Shown here: positions 1 through 14,005 of the stretch, one piece after another
Position numbering within the stretch: the first letter of the stretch is position 1
How the letters are laid out: each line of letters starts with the position of its first letter
Source: Trichoplax adhaerens
Taxonomy: Eukaryota > Animalia > Placozoa
Reading direction: 5' to 3'
Length of the DNA: 64,000 nucleotides
Assembly: GCF_000150275.1 (NCBI RefSeq)
Contig: NW_002060978.1
Coordinates: 327,611 to 391,610, forward strand
Position numbers and translations under genes: made by a program
The notes under the pieces: model-generated
Database searches by the model: none
The model's input: only the letters and a program-made list of their open reading frames with translations
What the model was told of the DNA's origin: nothing

Positions 1-3000
1 TACCCTTTCAAATGTATATCAATTTTTTAATTTATATTATTTGGATTTATGAACACCCTTACAGCAGGTATGGAATAAGGTTTGATAATTATTCCTGCCA
101 AGAATGATTCTATTTATTGGTTTAAACAGCTAGAAATTAAACGTTTATAAACTTTGGCGTGATAAAGCAAAGACCTGCTACGATTATATTTCAACTCAAT
201 TTGACTTTAAAAAATTCTTTCCAAAGACCTCGAGCTAATGAGTAATCCACGATAATAAGGTAAATGGAAGTCAATAGAAAGATTGAAAAAAAAAACTTGG
301 TAAAATTACAGGACTACATTGATTTAAAACAATTACAGAAATAGTGTTGTAATAAGTACTAATTTCAACCCTACAGTATCCAGTTACATAACTCAGTAAG
401 CCCTTAACGTAGCGTTTAAAAATGTTTATTAATTAAAATCCTCTAGCTGCATATTGAAATAGTAGAATTTAAGATAAGGCAACTACGCACATTGGCAGCT
501 CAAGGCTATCGACCTACCTCCCATCCAAAGGAGTTGGTCTTTTATACATTCCTAAAAAGGATTATTGACTAACATGTTATCAAATCCCCGTTTCCATCAA
601 TTTAAGTAAAATCCTACTTAACCTTTCCCGTACTGTTCTTAACTCTACTTAACATAAGTAAAAAATAGTGCGAGGGAGAATAGTTTTAATGCTTATTAAG
701 GTAACGATAGATGATAGCTGAATAGACTAAATTTGAGGTCAATAGGTTGCAAACCTTAGACATCAAAAACTCGTCCATGACAAGAATGTTTCTTACATCA
801 TTTTACTCTTGAAAGTGAAATATCTTCTTAGGGGACAGTCATAAAAAGAACAGAACTTATAGCTAAGTTTGATTTGCTCTTGCAAAGTGGATAGTTTTAA
901 TCTTTCTGATGTAATCTAAATCCAACGGAATCGAAAAAATGAAATAGTCTTGGGAATTTCCATTTTATCGTCATGACGTTGTTTCTATTGATGGATTGAA
1001 CAATTTCACGTTGATCGTAAAAATCTAAAGCAACTTGTAGTAAAGATAATTCTTAAGGACCTAGAGTAAATCAGATTAATTGGATTTGAAACCGGAAGTA
1101 AGATTTATTACAATAAAATCAATCGTAACTGTAATCTTAATAAACTATAACATGAAGAACTCTCGATCCAGTGTACCCTTTAAAAAACTACTGATGACCA
1201 TTGGTTGTTATATTTAGCCTAATTCTATTTCAATTTATTTTCCGTAATCACTGAATAGAGAATTGAATGGGCAATTAGGTATAAAGCAGAAGTTAAATAC
1301 GCTCCAGCAGAGTGAATAGGTCTGTAAAATATGCATTGATCCTAAACTATTCACGGTCTAGCCATTCTCTTATGTATCGTATTCTAGTTACGCTAATATG
1401 ATCAATTCATTCCAAGATAATCAATTATTCTTATTGTGAGGCCTATTTTTGAAGGTTATGACAAATTTCTTAATAATAAATACGCTTGATGAGTTTATTA
1501 GTTGTACCTTATTAAAACAAAACAATAATCTAGCCTTATTGTTCAATTTTAGAGAAATCAAACCATTTATCTATTGAGCTTAAAAGAACCATTACTTCAA
1601 CGTAGTCATTACATTAGTCAGTTATCAGCAAGCCTACCAAGGTTAATGTCTATTAGAGACAAAAATTAAATTCAAAGAATTACAACAAAACTCCATCTTG
1701 GGAAAAAGGTGAGCTTAATTTGAGTGTTAAATTGGTAATAAATGGATATAATTTTGTCGCAATCATTATACGGTTGGGATAACGATCATGGTTATAGTCT
1801 AAGTTAAATAATATCCTAAAAAATAGGCAAAGACATAGGCAGCATTATTAATAGATTTCAAGATTACAAATAGGCCTTTATTCCCCTGAAAGACATCATT
1901 TCCTTCTCTGGATGCTATTTAATTATATATTATCAAGCAAATTTTGTTGAAATTAAGTTGTTATTGCTTCTTTACTAGACTATACCAGCTAGGAAATAGC
2001 GGGGCTACAACTAAAAGCCTTTTTTGTTTGCAAATAATTGAGGCTTCCTCAATGCTTTTACTTTACCAGTTTAGGTAGTGATTTCCGTTAATATCATGAC
2101 TGATGTTAGCTGAAATTAAATTTGCTCAAATTTGTCCGTCTTGAATAAACTAATTCAAGAATTATGTTTAGAAGTTATACATAAAAAGGTGATTGTAAAA
2201 TTTCGTATTATCATAAGTTTAGGAAAATTGGATCACTTTATATAATAATGTAAGGATTCTTGGTTACGGTCGTAATAAACCACTAGATCTTTCCTAACAT
2301 TTACTCTAGCTGGATAATTTACCTATACTTCGATAAATTACTCGGTTTTAATTGGTAATTGGAAGTAAATTAATCACTTAACGTATCATTTGACTTTATC
2401 TTTAGTCAGTTTGAAAGTATGAACGACAAGTTATAAAAGGCTTTCAACTAGCGATGCTTTTAAATCCAAACAATCAAATTTTCATAAGTTTTATTATATT
2501 TCTCTTCATCATCCGTTGGAATGATCTAATTCGGTTCTACATATACTGTGTGTCGTTTTCTAAAGTCCGACTTATTTTAGTTGCTTTTAACATTACTGCA
2601 TGTATTAGAATTCGTATTACTAAGAGAAGTTTACCACCTTTATCACATGAATAAAAAGTCTGATAATATAGTGAATAAAAATGACTTTTAAACGATTATT
2701 GGCCGATGCTTAATCGATGATTAAATAATTACATGATTTGAGAAAACATGGGTAAAATATGAAGCAGAACGTGTGGTTTTGATATCCGTCTGGTAACAAC
2801 GTTATTTACGCTTTCTTGATGCCTGGATGAGTCTAATTGCAATCACCGCGTAATCTTTACAATCTTAATTTTAATTTTTGCTGCTGTTATTGGAGATTCG
2901 TCAGAATTTAAAATATCAAAGACTTAAAGAAACGATCGCATACACCAAAAATTCTGAATTAGAGCAATTGGCTAGTGCCGTTATCATTTGATAATGTGCA

Positions 3001-4394
3001 TACTTTCTACTAATTGAGTAGATTGATTGTTTTAGTTTCTTTTGATTCTTGCTCTAAGCATTCGAAGGCCTCAACCACGGCCGTATATCTCACTTTGATA
3101 TGCCAAAGTAGTGAAAGCATTAAAATACGCCATGATCACAAATACAATATGCCGTGCTGAGTAATGTTGATGATCTGCGGATCGTTAGGATCGTTAAATT
3201 GAAAAGATTCTATGTACTCGTTATCTCACTCTGAGAGATTTTCGATATCGAATTCTTGATAGAGGATGCTAAAAAGCTGTTGTCTTACAATGTTAAGCGT
3301 GATAGTAATCCGAAATTTAAGGGAAACTCTACAAAATTTGAATTTTCAAACTAAAACAAGTGTCTTTTAACTTTCTGCTTGCTAGCACACCGATAATCGA
3401 CTTCCTGTTCTAGAATTACAAGAATGTAGTCCTCTTCCTATTTTGTGCTTAATCTCGATTCATTCACTCTATCTCCACTTAATCCAATTATAAGCTCGCA
3501 TATTAAGCTGTATACTATTTTATTTGCACCATTACTATTACGATGCATTTCATCTTCTAACGAGGGATTTACTTAAGTAATTTATGCCTTAATAACAGTA
3601 ACCCGCTACATATTGTTACACAGACCGTTGATGATCAAAGTTATGACATCATCCATTCATGATGGAGGTTCTGTTATTCTGAGCAGCGACAAATATTAAA
3701 TCATGTGATGGAATCTTTTTATTACGCTAATTATTTCGTGCTTACTAGAATACAGTATAACCTATTATGACTAATAAATACCACGATAAAGAAAGGCGGT
3801 ACTGTAGATAGTATCAATTGCATGTTAAATAGATTATCATTTCATGATACGAATGTAACCTAATCTGTTTAACCTCAGGAAAGGATTAACAAAATCTTAC
3901 AGCCACCATTTACCTATCAGTTGCGCTAATTTTGCATTCATATTATAATTTTACAAACAAATTATGTACATAATCTTATTTTCTGAAGCTCGATTTACAA
4001 AGTGTATTTACTTTCCAGTGTCTATGCGTACCTGCTGCAGTTTACACTTTAGTAAAATTGGATGAAATTTTTAAATTAGTAAAGGATGGAATGATTGACA
4101 ATGCATGTCTACTGCATGGCTTATCGTAGTACAGCAAAGTAGGGCGTATGATTTTTAAGTAATACAATTCTTGATATTTTCCTTAATCTCGTAAAGTAAT
4201 ATTAGAATTGATGAATTGATTCATAATTATCATTGACTTGAAAGAATATGTGATATATGAACTTTATAGATGAGGACATATACGAAATTCGTTTTAATAT
4301 CTTGGGTACATTGCTAGTACAATAGCATTAAAAGTTCCTTTTCATTTTTACTATCTTAGTCTAGATTCTTAATTTAGCAATTTCAAATTGAACC

Positions 4395-5540
4395 ATGGCG
4401 GATGTGTGTAACAGGAATTGCTCATTTTATGGTCCCTATTTAAATTCGAAAAATTTTAACAAAAATCAAATTGTCAAAGGCCAAGATGTTATTGCATACA
4501 CCTATATTGGCATTGGCATACTTGGATGTCTGTTAAATATTATTGTCCTCTTTACTTTGTTGAAATTCCAACTGACAAAATCCAATGTATTTCGAATGTT
4601 GCTAAGGAATCTTGCCCTAGCTGATTTTTTATCATCGATTGGCGTTATATTAGTTGGTGCTAAAACATTAATAATTATAGACGCTATATCAAACCTTAAA
4701 AGCCTATCTGACAGCTTGGATGAAAAAATACTGGCTAGTTTAACAAATATGTGCAGAGCAAGTTATGTTATTTTTTTCATCACGAATTTCTTGTCTGGTT
4801 TAACGATAACCGTTATGGCAGTAGAACGTTATCTTGTAATTATAGTTCGCAAATTTCGAGGGCTTTACCAAAATGATTTAAAACCATGGAAACTATATGT
4901 GTTGTTGGCAGGCATTTGGGCCACTGCAATTGCAGGATCCATACCATACTTTATAAGCTTTGAAATTACAGATAGAGTGAACAATCGATGTTTTTTCTCT
5001 ATTGATACTTCCATGGTTAGCTGTATCTATAATATTATACTTACTATATCTACTACAAGTGTACTTTGTGTAGCACCTTCCTTTGTTATGGTATTTTGTT
5101 ATTTCAAGATTGCTCGATATCTATTTAGCCATCGCCGGCCCGATACTGAAGTAAATAGACGTAGAAATGGCCAAAATTTTACCGCTGATAAACAAGCCGG
5201 CTTAATATCAATTTTGATTGCCATTTTCTTTATCCTTAGTATGACACCTTTTATGGCTTATTTAATTTTTGTTTCGATAAATTACTGTAACGCAGACGAA
5301 GTAATAGTCTATTGGATCAATTCCAAATCTTACTTTTGGATTACAGCTCACGAAATAGCGCACTATCTATTTATTCTGCCGCCGATCATTAATCCTCTTT
5401 GCTATTCATTTAGTAGTACTCAATTTCGAAGAGCAATAAATTTCTCATGCAAGGATAAATTAAAAAAGACACGTATGGCCATTAATTTATCATTACCATC
5501 ATTTAGACGTGAATCAAGAACACTGAGTACCTCATTTTAG
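4395..5540 (+). CDS. Class A (rhodopsin-like) orphan GPCR, 'CNADE' subfamily member 1, 381 aa, single coding exon
   Basis: Seven hydrophobic segments. TM1 GxxxN (GCLLN), TM2 NLALAD, TM3 Cys and ERY, TM4 W, ECL2 NRC, TM5 P..CY, TM7 NPLCY, helix 8 FRR. ATG context accATGg. Confidence 0.95.
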   Translation: MADVCNRNCSFYGPYLNSKNFNKNQIVKGQDVIAYTYIGIGILGCLLNIIVLFTLLKFQLTKSNVFRMLLRNLALADFLSSIGVILVGAKTLIIIDAISNLKSLSDSLDEKILASLTNMCRASYVIFFITNFLSGLTITVMAVERYLVIIVRKFRGLYQNDLKPWKLYVLLAGIWATAIAGSIPYFISFEITDRVNNRCFFSIDTSMVSCIYNIILTISTTSVLCVAPSFVMVFCYFKIARYLFSHRRPDTEVNRRRNGQNFTADKQAGLISILIAIFFILSMTPFMAYLIFVSINYCNADEVIVYWINSKSYFWITAHEIAHYLFILPPIINPLCYSFSSTQFRRAINFSCKDKLKKTRMAINLSLPSFRRESRTLSTSF

Positions 5541-7020
5541 TTTTACACTTAAATTCTCATAAACTATCTTTACTATAAGCATGGATGAAATTAAAGAAGA
5601 ATAGCAAAAATTAGTATATAGGGTAAAGTAAATGTTAATTTTACTTAATTAACGCGTTTATATTAAATTATACTTCTAAATGCTAAATCGTTTTGTCCCC
5701 AATTATTTCTGTGCTTGTTAATTACAGGTATGGAAGTTGATCTTACGAAAATTTTATGTATTAAAGTAGAAAATACAGCACTTTTATTATAAATCCTTGC
5801 GATTAAGCATAATACCTCTATCAGTAAGATGATAACTTTTGAACAGCAGTAATGGATACAAATATGCAACTGCATCTTATAGTTAGTAATTTGATATGGT
5901 TAAGGCTCGACCGGAGCCCCTGGAAGTCAAGCAGAGGTAAAACTTCTTGTAGCCTGTATTATTATCGGACTTTAAATCGATGATACGTATTTTCTGATAA
6001 GAAACCAAAATGTGAAGGTTGTGCTGTTCTATAGCATACGACCTAGTATTTATTTTATTTTTCTAATTAATCTATACAATAAAACTCGTATTGCATTCTT
6101 TCCTTGAAATCCTTTGCGATTTTTGCTTTGATATTTTGGTAATTAAAAACTGTCACATTTTAATACATTTCTTCTTCATTGCAAGTATTAGGTTGAGATA
6201 ATTACAAGAATCTAAAATTTGTAGAATATATTCATAAAGCCATTTTAATTTGTTAATTGTCAACTCTTTGAGAAAATGCGAAAAGAACGACGTATCTCTA
6301 ACTTGTTATTTACGTCTAGAACTTCGGATGCAAAAGTTATGAACTTTACTAATAAGCTTTTAAATTACGTATCATACCTCTATTTTTCATCCTACTTAAT
6401 TAAAATTGATTTTATGCCATTTCTCTAAATTATAAAATAGTGGAGTCTAGCAACATTAATACACAAATATACAAATATACTAATGGACTAATGGACTAAA
6501 GTAATTATGATCTTTAAATTTTGAATCGTCATTACTCTTATCGTCCGTTACATTTCAAATCTACTTCACGTAGTTTCACCTTAATTATAAAATTGTACGG
6601 TAATGCATTATTATCATATTAGCAGCTGTAGTTACCTTCGTGTAGAAATACAGAATTCGAGCTTAGAATTTATTGACAGATATAGTGATTTACTTGAGTA
6701 TAAGACTCAGATGAAGCTAGCCTTTTAATCATCTTCGCCCAAAATATATTTGATTACAAACGTTTCACTATCTCAAATATCTATCTATTCCATGTTTTAC
6801 TCTGATCTTGATCTTTTGGGTTATCCCGTTACAATGAAAATTTAGTTTGCATGATAGATAAGACGATTTACGATACCTATCTGCCCTTTTCTAAACGATC
6901 CTTAGTTATAGATAAGACCTTATGTGTTAGCTATAACTTTAGTAAACTTCTTATTATAGTTTTAACAGTGGAAAATTATTAGGTGATAGTCCGCCTTGTC
7001 ATAAATCATCGTTAGTCCAG

Positions 7021-7224
7021 AGCGAGTAATTCAATTTCTTTCTATTTGCGGATCAACCTAAAGATACATAAAAATATTACGGTTTCATGTCTGCAAATCT
7101 GAATTTAAGGTAATAATATATCTTGCAATAAATTATCGTCTACCCTTAGCAAGTAATTGAATTTCTTCCTAGTAACACCACTGGATCGGCCTAAAGATTT
7201 ATAGAAATATTGCAATTCATCTCC
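7021..7224. repeat. Diverged direct duplication, about 75-bp unit with about 127-bp period
   Basis: agcgagtaattcaatttctttcta..ggatcaacctaaagat (7021) versus agcaagtaattgaatttcttccta..ggatcggcctaaagat (7148). Confidence 0.7.
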
Positions 7225-10144
7225 CATTCCAACTTACTTTTTGAAAACATGATACATTATCCCAATTGGGCAGCTAATTCTGTTCGGCAACAGTTTGTAT
7301 GGAAATTAAGGATAACTTACGTATTCTTATAAGATCAGAAACATTTTAACAGTCATCTATTGTTCCTAATCCACTAGTATGCAATTTAGTAAACATCGAG
7401 TTCATGTAGGCCTATCGAAGCTTTTTCATATATCATTGCAACTAATAGTAGACTGTAATTGTCAATTTGCTTAGCAACATAAGCATAATCATTCCGCGAC
7501 GGTAGTATTATATAGACTAATTAAGTGTGCAATTGTTCATTTATAAAGGATTTATTGATCATCGATCGTTAGATGATTGTTTATTTTCCTTAGTCGAAAG
7601 TATATTGATTTACTGTTGATAACAGACCGATTATCATTTGGATTAATATAATAACTAGTTGGCATTGACAGCTTCATATTGGCTGATTTAGCATTCCATC
7701 AGAAAACTTGCAGATGTTAAAACTCCATCAAAATTAAACATTTTGGACGTACAGTAAGTTTTGATAGCCTAATTTCATTCTATGTAAAGATTTATTATAT
7801 GTTACCTTAATCACTCGAAATTCTGTACATAGTGCTGGAAAAATTTTTGTTTAATCGTGCTATTGAAATTTTTATTCGATAAAGTACGAATTTTATGGTA
7901 GTATTTGAATTCTTTACTCTTTATTCAAATAACGATAATCAAAATTCGAGTGACGATCAAGTGTGCAAAAAAGTTGATTAATTAGTGCCTAAACTGGATT
8001 TAATTTTAAATGATAGCTTTAGTGTTTGAGTAAGATGCAATCATCAAGTGTTCCTACACCCTCTATCGATGATTGTTTACCTTAGCAAATATAGACTTGG
8101 CAGATTTATCTATTCCATGAATTGAGTTCCGCGACGGTATAATATATGTCATATAAATACGAACATAACTGATTGTTTAGTAAGAGTGTTCTCAGTTATA
8201 CTGAAAGAACTAGTTTAAATCAACGATTTAAGTGTTATAAGTGCAAAGATATTGCTCTAGTGGCTAGTTATTGCCCACTAGCCCAAAGTTCCAGTTTAAA
8301 TTTGAAGTTAAAGAAAGTTTTTATCAATCTTGTTTAAGTTCATTTGCATCATCAAACAATTTTTGCTACTTGTTTGATATTGGATTTATGTGTACTAGAC
8401 TAATGGAGGATAAAGATGATAACTTGAATGCTTGTGCTAAACTTTAAAACCTTTTTGATATCCAAAGCTATCTAATCTGGTTCCTGTTTTGTAATTTTAT
8501 TTTTACCCGGCTATTACGACCGTTGAAACTAGCGCTTTACTGTTTTATTATCTCTTCAGTGTTCATTCCTATTAGAAAAATCGATTTCTTTAGCCTTAAA
8601 TGCTTCACTGTACACTTTTCGCTTTAGATTACATTATATGCAGTGATTTCGTTTCTTCTTCAAATATAAACAATTGAGCAATAAAACCTATTTCTCAAAC
8701 GGCATGGGTGAGTAATTAATAGCCAAGAAAGAATGAGAGAATAAAGAATTTCAAAGTGTATCCCATATTGAGTCGAGCTACTAGTAGTAACAATCTATGC
8801 TGGATGCAATTTCTTCATAATGGTCCATCAGTAACTATAAAGGCTATCTATACATCTTTTACAGCGACTACGAAATCTATGCCTAAAATCTAGTGCTCAT
8901 ACTGAAGACTTTTTAAATCGTATTTGTTACAATATTAAAAACTTGCTACGCCCAAAAATTTAATACAGTTACTAACATTTTCTTTGTCCAAAGATATTTC
9001 CTACCATATCTTGTAATAAGTATGATTGATATGGAGTTGTTATGTTAAAGTGAAATACTCATATAGTCATTTTTATTTTCTAATCAATTCTTCAATAATA
9101 TCCGTTATGATGGTCATATTGAAAACCGCTGCAATTATATCCCCTAGCGTTATCAAGTAGTAGTAATGTGAAATTTGGGAATTACCGTATACTCGTGCTA
9201 GTTTTCGATTCTATGAGAGGGAAAGGATATCAAACTATAAGCAATGATATTATCAAATGAAGGAAAGCCGTTTTATAAAACTCTATTCTTTGTTTAAAAT
9301 GCATTATGATAGCTATCATCATAACTGCAGTACTTAATCTTTAGCTTTTATAATGCGATAATGGCATTATTTTGAGAACTATTTTAGTTTTGGATGCTAT
9401 AGTTGGGAAGGATTTCTCAATATGAATGATGCATAGTCTTAAATAGTTATGCTTCTAAAATCCTTCAATTGGAAGTTTAATATTGCAATAGTTTGAACTA
9501 TGAAGACTGAATATGGCAAACGACTATTTTACTAGTATCATTAATAGAGTATACAGCAGCTGCTAAATCGTTCTTATTAATTAAAACTGTACCTACCCTC
9601 GTTATACACTTCGAGATTCATTTTAAGGCAATTTTTATACCATGACCGGCTAGAAGTGTTTGCAGTATCTTCATCAAGGATTTAGATTTTTTCCATCAGC
9701 CGGAAATGTAGAGTTAAGCATAACGTGTTTTAATTGCCTTAATGTATTGTCTACGAAAACAATCAATTATTATTAACATATCAATGCCATTTGATGTTGA
9801 TATAGTAACTTAGTCCGTTGTTATCAATCACGGCTACTTGCATGACGTTTTGAATCTGGAATTGTCGTAGTAGAGCAAAGTCTAGGAGCGAGTAATGTAT
9901 TGACTGTGGTTTTTGATGGTTTAAAAGTATTATCCTCTTCATGAAGCAATTAGTAGATGGATAAGGAAGGAGACTTTTATGCGGGTAGAACCGAGCAGGT
10001 TTGAGTATCGAATTAGCAAAGTGGTTACTGCTCTAATTGAAAGTTGAATTTCTACACAGCGGCGTTTCATCTTGGGTAGACTTATATTAAACGTTTCCAA
10101 CGAGGTTAAACTTAGCATAAATCCACTTGATTATGTAATAGTAC

Positions 10145-10706
10145 TGTAAAGTAACTTAGTGTTGTGATTGTAGACTATTAGCCATGTTTAGTTAAATGTA
10201 TGGCAGTGTCTTTTCTATATTTATTTTATGATATATTTAGTAGTCTATAATTATAGACTGGAAGGATACACCCTGTGCTAGTATGCAGATGACTATATAC
10301 AGTAAGGTGTTGAGCTACTAATAAGGTTAGAGGTAGAAATAGAATTGTAAATGATATATTAGGATATGCTTAGTTCATTTTATTTTGAGTGGTAGGAATA
10401 ATGCCAATGAAAATACTGTAAGCATTTCTATATTGGATCAATGATGATTCGCTGTAAAATGCTGAGACTAATAATATGCTGAATAGGTGTAAAATATGGT
10501 AGAATGCTTCTATGCTGATTGTAGCTGCGCAGGCCATACAGAGAATAAAAGCAGTATATATTAGATTATCTGATTGCTCATTCTAGAAGTCTTTCTGTAG
10601 CTATATTCGACTAAAGTATAGCTGTGTGTAGCTAGTCCTTGTATTGGATCTAATAAAGCTTTAATTTTCTACAAATTTGGAATATTCGTGATCGGATTTC
10701 ATCGCA
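10145..10706 (+). mobile_element. Solo-LTR-like element, family A, diverged copy (A1)
   Basis: Runs TGTAAAGTAACTTAG...ATCGCA and aligns along its length with 38241..38791. Flanks agtac/agtat (5-bp TSD, 1 mismatch). Confidence 0.8.
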
Positions 10707-11176
10707 AGTATTATTGAAAAAGTAATAAAGACAGACATAAAGTTATTATCTGATTCCGCAATGAAACTCCTTCATGTTATTTCACAGAATGGTGATCATT
10801 ACCCAATAAAGACAAATATCATAGTAATAAACCGATCATATTTAATTGCTTCGCACGGAAGGACACAAGAATTTAGTTTTGATCTGCGCAGAATATTGAG
10901 TAAAGCTACATGTATAATGTTGACAAGCTCATTAATAAACTATCATTTCGAGCCAATGTTTTGTTTCGCAGTATGTCTACAATTGGTACTTCAGAAATTA
11001 AATTTTTTTCGTTTATTGCAATTTAAACGAGTGTTTCTAAGATTTTTGCAATACAAAAGTACCATTTAATTTGCTATGATTGCCGCTAAGCATCGTTATT
11101 AGTATGATGATGCTAGTTGTTAATTGCCATTGATGGTTACCTTTTTGCTTATAGTGCGACCCTGATGACTGCCTAG

Positions 11177-12301
11177 ATGACCATGGCGAACAGTCCTACT
11201 TGTAATGCTCAATGTGTTTATTATGGAAATGATAGCCTTAACTCCAGTCAAATTGATCTAACAGCCATTGTAGCTGGTCAAGATGTTATCTCTAGTATCT
11301 ATATATGTATCGGCGTTATTGGAACTTTATTGAATGGCTTAGTGGTATATATTCTTGTCAATAAGAAAATTTTAAGATCGCGTATTCTTCGACACTTGAT
11401 GATTAATCTGGCAGTGGCGGATTTATGCTCAGCTCTAGCCGTTATATTACTTGGTACTAAAACCTTCTATATAATTAATTTCAGCAGTAGCACTAGAATG
11501 AATCAAGAAGTCAATCTTAGCTTATTTGGGCAAGAACTCAATGGAATATGCAAGTCTAGCTATATTATATTTTTTATGACTAATTTTGTTTCAACTTTAA
11601 ATTTAACAATCATTGCAATAGATCGCTATCGAACATTTGTCGTCAATAATATGGTCTCTATAAGATCGAAGCAAGTGAGTCTGGGTAAAATACGCTTATT
11701 AATAGCCTGCTTTTGGGTGGTTTCTATTGGTTTTGCCTTTCCTTTCATCGAAACTTTCGAGCTAACACCTAGAGTGAATAATCGTTGTCTGTTTGCACAC
11801 TCTTATAAGCATTGCACGTATAATATTGTCCTAATGGCTATAGTTTTAAGTTTATTTTGTGTTTTACCGGCCGTTATCATGATATTTTGCTACTTTAACA
11901 TCATTCTATTTCTTCGTAAGCATGCGACAGGCACCAAGAACTTACTAAATAATAATAAGGAGAATCAAGCACGAGATCTTAATCACACTAAACTATTCGT
12001 CGTTATCACTTTTGCTTTTACGATCACTGTAACACCATTTATGGGATATTTAATCTACGTTTCTTGGACCAACTGTAATGCCGATGAGATTTTGCAGTAT
12101 CTGTTAACAAAATCTGCTTACGGATGGATAGCATTTCATGAAGTTGCTCACTTCCTTTTTATTTTACCTCCAATTATAAATCCATTATGCTACACATTTA
12201 GTTCTCGTTCTTACCGCAAAGCAATCTTGAATGGATGCCAATGCAATAAAGCCACAGCTATTGGTCCTTCAACTCAAACAAACTCCACTTCAAATCGTTA
12301 G
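11177..12301 (+). CDS. Class A orphan GPCR, CNADE subfamily member 2, 374 aa (start may be the second ATG at 11183)
   Basis: NLAVAD, DRY, RVNNRC, CNADE, HEVAH, NPLCY. Clear paralog of 4395..5540. Confidence 0.95.
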   Translation: MTMANSPTCNAQCVYYGNDSLNSSQIDLTAIVAGQDVISSIYICIGVIGTLLNGLVVYILVNKKILRSRILRHLMINLAVADLCSALAVILLGTKTFYIINFSSSTRMNQEVNLSLFGQELNGICKSSYIIFFMTNFVSTLNLTIIAIDRYRTFVVNNMVSIRSKQVSLGKIRLLIACFWVVSIGFAFPFIETFELTPRVNNRCLFAHSYKHCTYNIVLMAIVLSLFCVLPAVIMIFCYFNIILFLRKHATGTKNLLNNNKENQARDLNHTKLFVVITFAFTITVTPFMGYLIYVSWTNCNADEILQYLLTKSAYGWIAFHEVAHFLFILPPIINPLCYTFSSRSYRKAILNGCQCNKATAIGPSTQTNSTSNR

Positions 12302-13594
12302 AGATAATAGTCTAAACAGTAAATCAATAAATTTTGTCTGATTTTTAGAATAATAAATAAGTAATTTTATCCGCTGAAGATGATGAAACTAGAGATAGAC
12401 AATGAAACTAGTAGAAGTCGACAAATGGTTATTTATAGTATTTAGAAACAATAATCAGATAAAATAATTGCTAAATTTTAAGGTATATAGTTTTAGTGGT
12501 GCTGAAGCCAATCGCTAATTATGAAAGATGATTTCTAATCAGAAATCCTTTCCATGTTGCAATTGATTTTTAATGCATACTTAGTCTGCTTCAGATGACG
12601 GAGTACTGTACTATATTAATAAATTAATATTTATATCATTAAAGTCTAATTTAAAACCTTTTAAATTCTATATTTGTAGTACTTTATGAACTTAAGGACA
12701 GATTTTATCATTATCCTTTATTTTTTCATTATTTGTCGATTTTATCTGGTTTAAATTTTGATATTATGGTGAAATTTTGTATTAATTGTACACATTTATG
12801 CCAACGTATCACCTTTGGCAAGCGACTGATATATATTGATGATTTTTTAAAGTGAAAATTTGTATGCAGTATCACCATGTTCTTAAGATTTAGTGTATTT
12901 CCTCTATGTTTAAATATTTATTATTCAGTAGCTAAGCTTTCTTTTCTTAATAAGAGCATCATTGAGTTGCGCTCTAATTAAATATTTCATTTGCTGTGTA
13001 AATTTTCTAAGGATGCTTGACGTACAATCTAGTGCAATAAAGAAATTTGTAATATTTCAGTAATTGACAAGATTGACTACTGTTATAATTTTATTTCAAA
13101 TCATAGTAATATGCTATATTAATAGCACTTATTATTGAATCTTTCTTTAACTTTGTGAGCTATAAATAAAATATTAAATTAGTTAATTCAGATCTCAAAT
13201 AAATAACTATTGCCTTCCTGAATCAGATCAATAATCAGAGTAGCTAACATATTCCTTGAGTCAGGCGTTGTAGTAAAAACACTAATAATACCTACTCCTG
13301 TCAATTTTCAATTTTTGTTCAAATTTTCCCTTATATTTTCCTGGTAAGGAAACTGAAATCACAGCTATGCCATTCTTTGTTTTTGTAAAAGGTTATTTGA
13401 AATTAAAGTGAATGGCATGTCTGGATGATATTTTGCTAGATTAACAGATTAAATTGGTATACCCCCGCAATAGTTAATTTTAAGGCGTTATAACTTTAGC
13501 ATTATTGATTACCTTTGAATAATGGAATACATATAATCATCCAGTTTATTTATTTACTACTTTATTTTTAACAAATTTCATGTAAACAACTAAT

Positions 13595-14005
13595 TGTAAA
13601 ATAAAACGGATTGCATATGACAATACTGCTTTCATTAGTAATGTTGTTGTGTGAAATCACAAATTATTTAATGTATAAATGATTAGTATGTTATTAAACT
13701 TTGTGTTACTTTGACTCCTAAGGATTGAACTGTAGAAGTGAAGTGAAGGAAAATTGTTTAAATCAAAATTTGTTCACTGTAGGAAAGTTGCATGAAAACA
13801 TGTAATTGTGAAAGCTTTCCAAAATACATGAGCATTCTAAGATACAGTTATGAGTTGCGTTTGTGTGCTAAGTGTTTCTTCTTATATAAGTAGCCGTTTT
13901 AGGAATAAAATAGTGCCACGAGTTTACAGCCCACCGTTGAGTGTAAATGCGTTGTATTGACGGTTATATAGTTGATGGCTTGCCCTTAGATTATAGATTG
14001 TAAAA
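13595..14005 (+). mobile_element. Candidate solo LTR, single copy in this window (family G)
   Basis: Starts TGT and is flanked by ctaat/ctaat. Contains TATATAA followed about 20 nt later by AATAAA, as in families B and D. The 3' end is AA rather than CA and there is no second copy. Confidence 0.35.

Noticed and set aside
5904-5940. GC-rich island encoding GSTGAPGSQ (collagen-like), with a 5-bp hairpin
   Set aside because: Only three Gly-X-Y triplets, a putative exon length that is not a multiple of 9, and no partner exons; compatible with chance.
6460-6500. Short tandem duplications (acaaatat x2, actaatgg x2)
   Set aside because: Ordinary slippage; no spacer structure, so not CRISPR-like.
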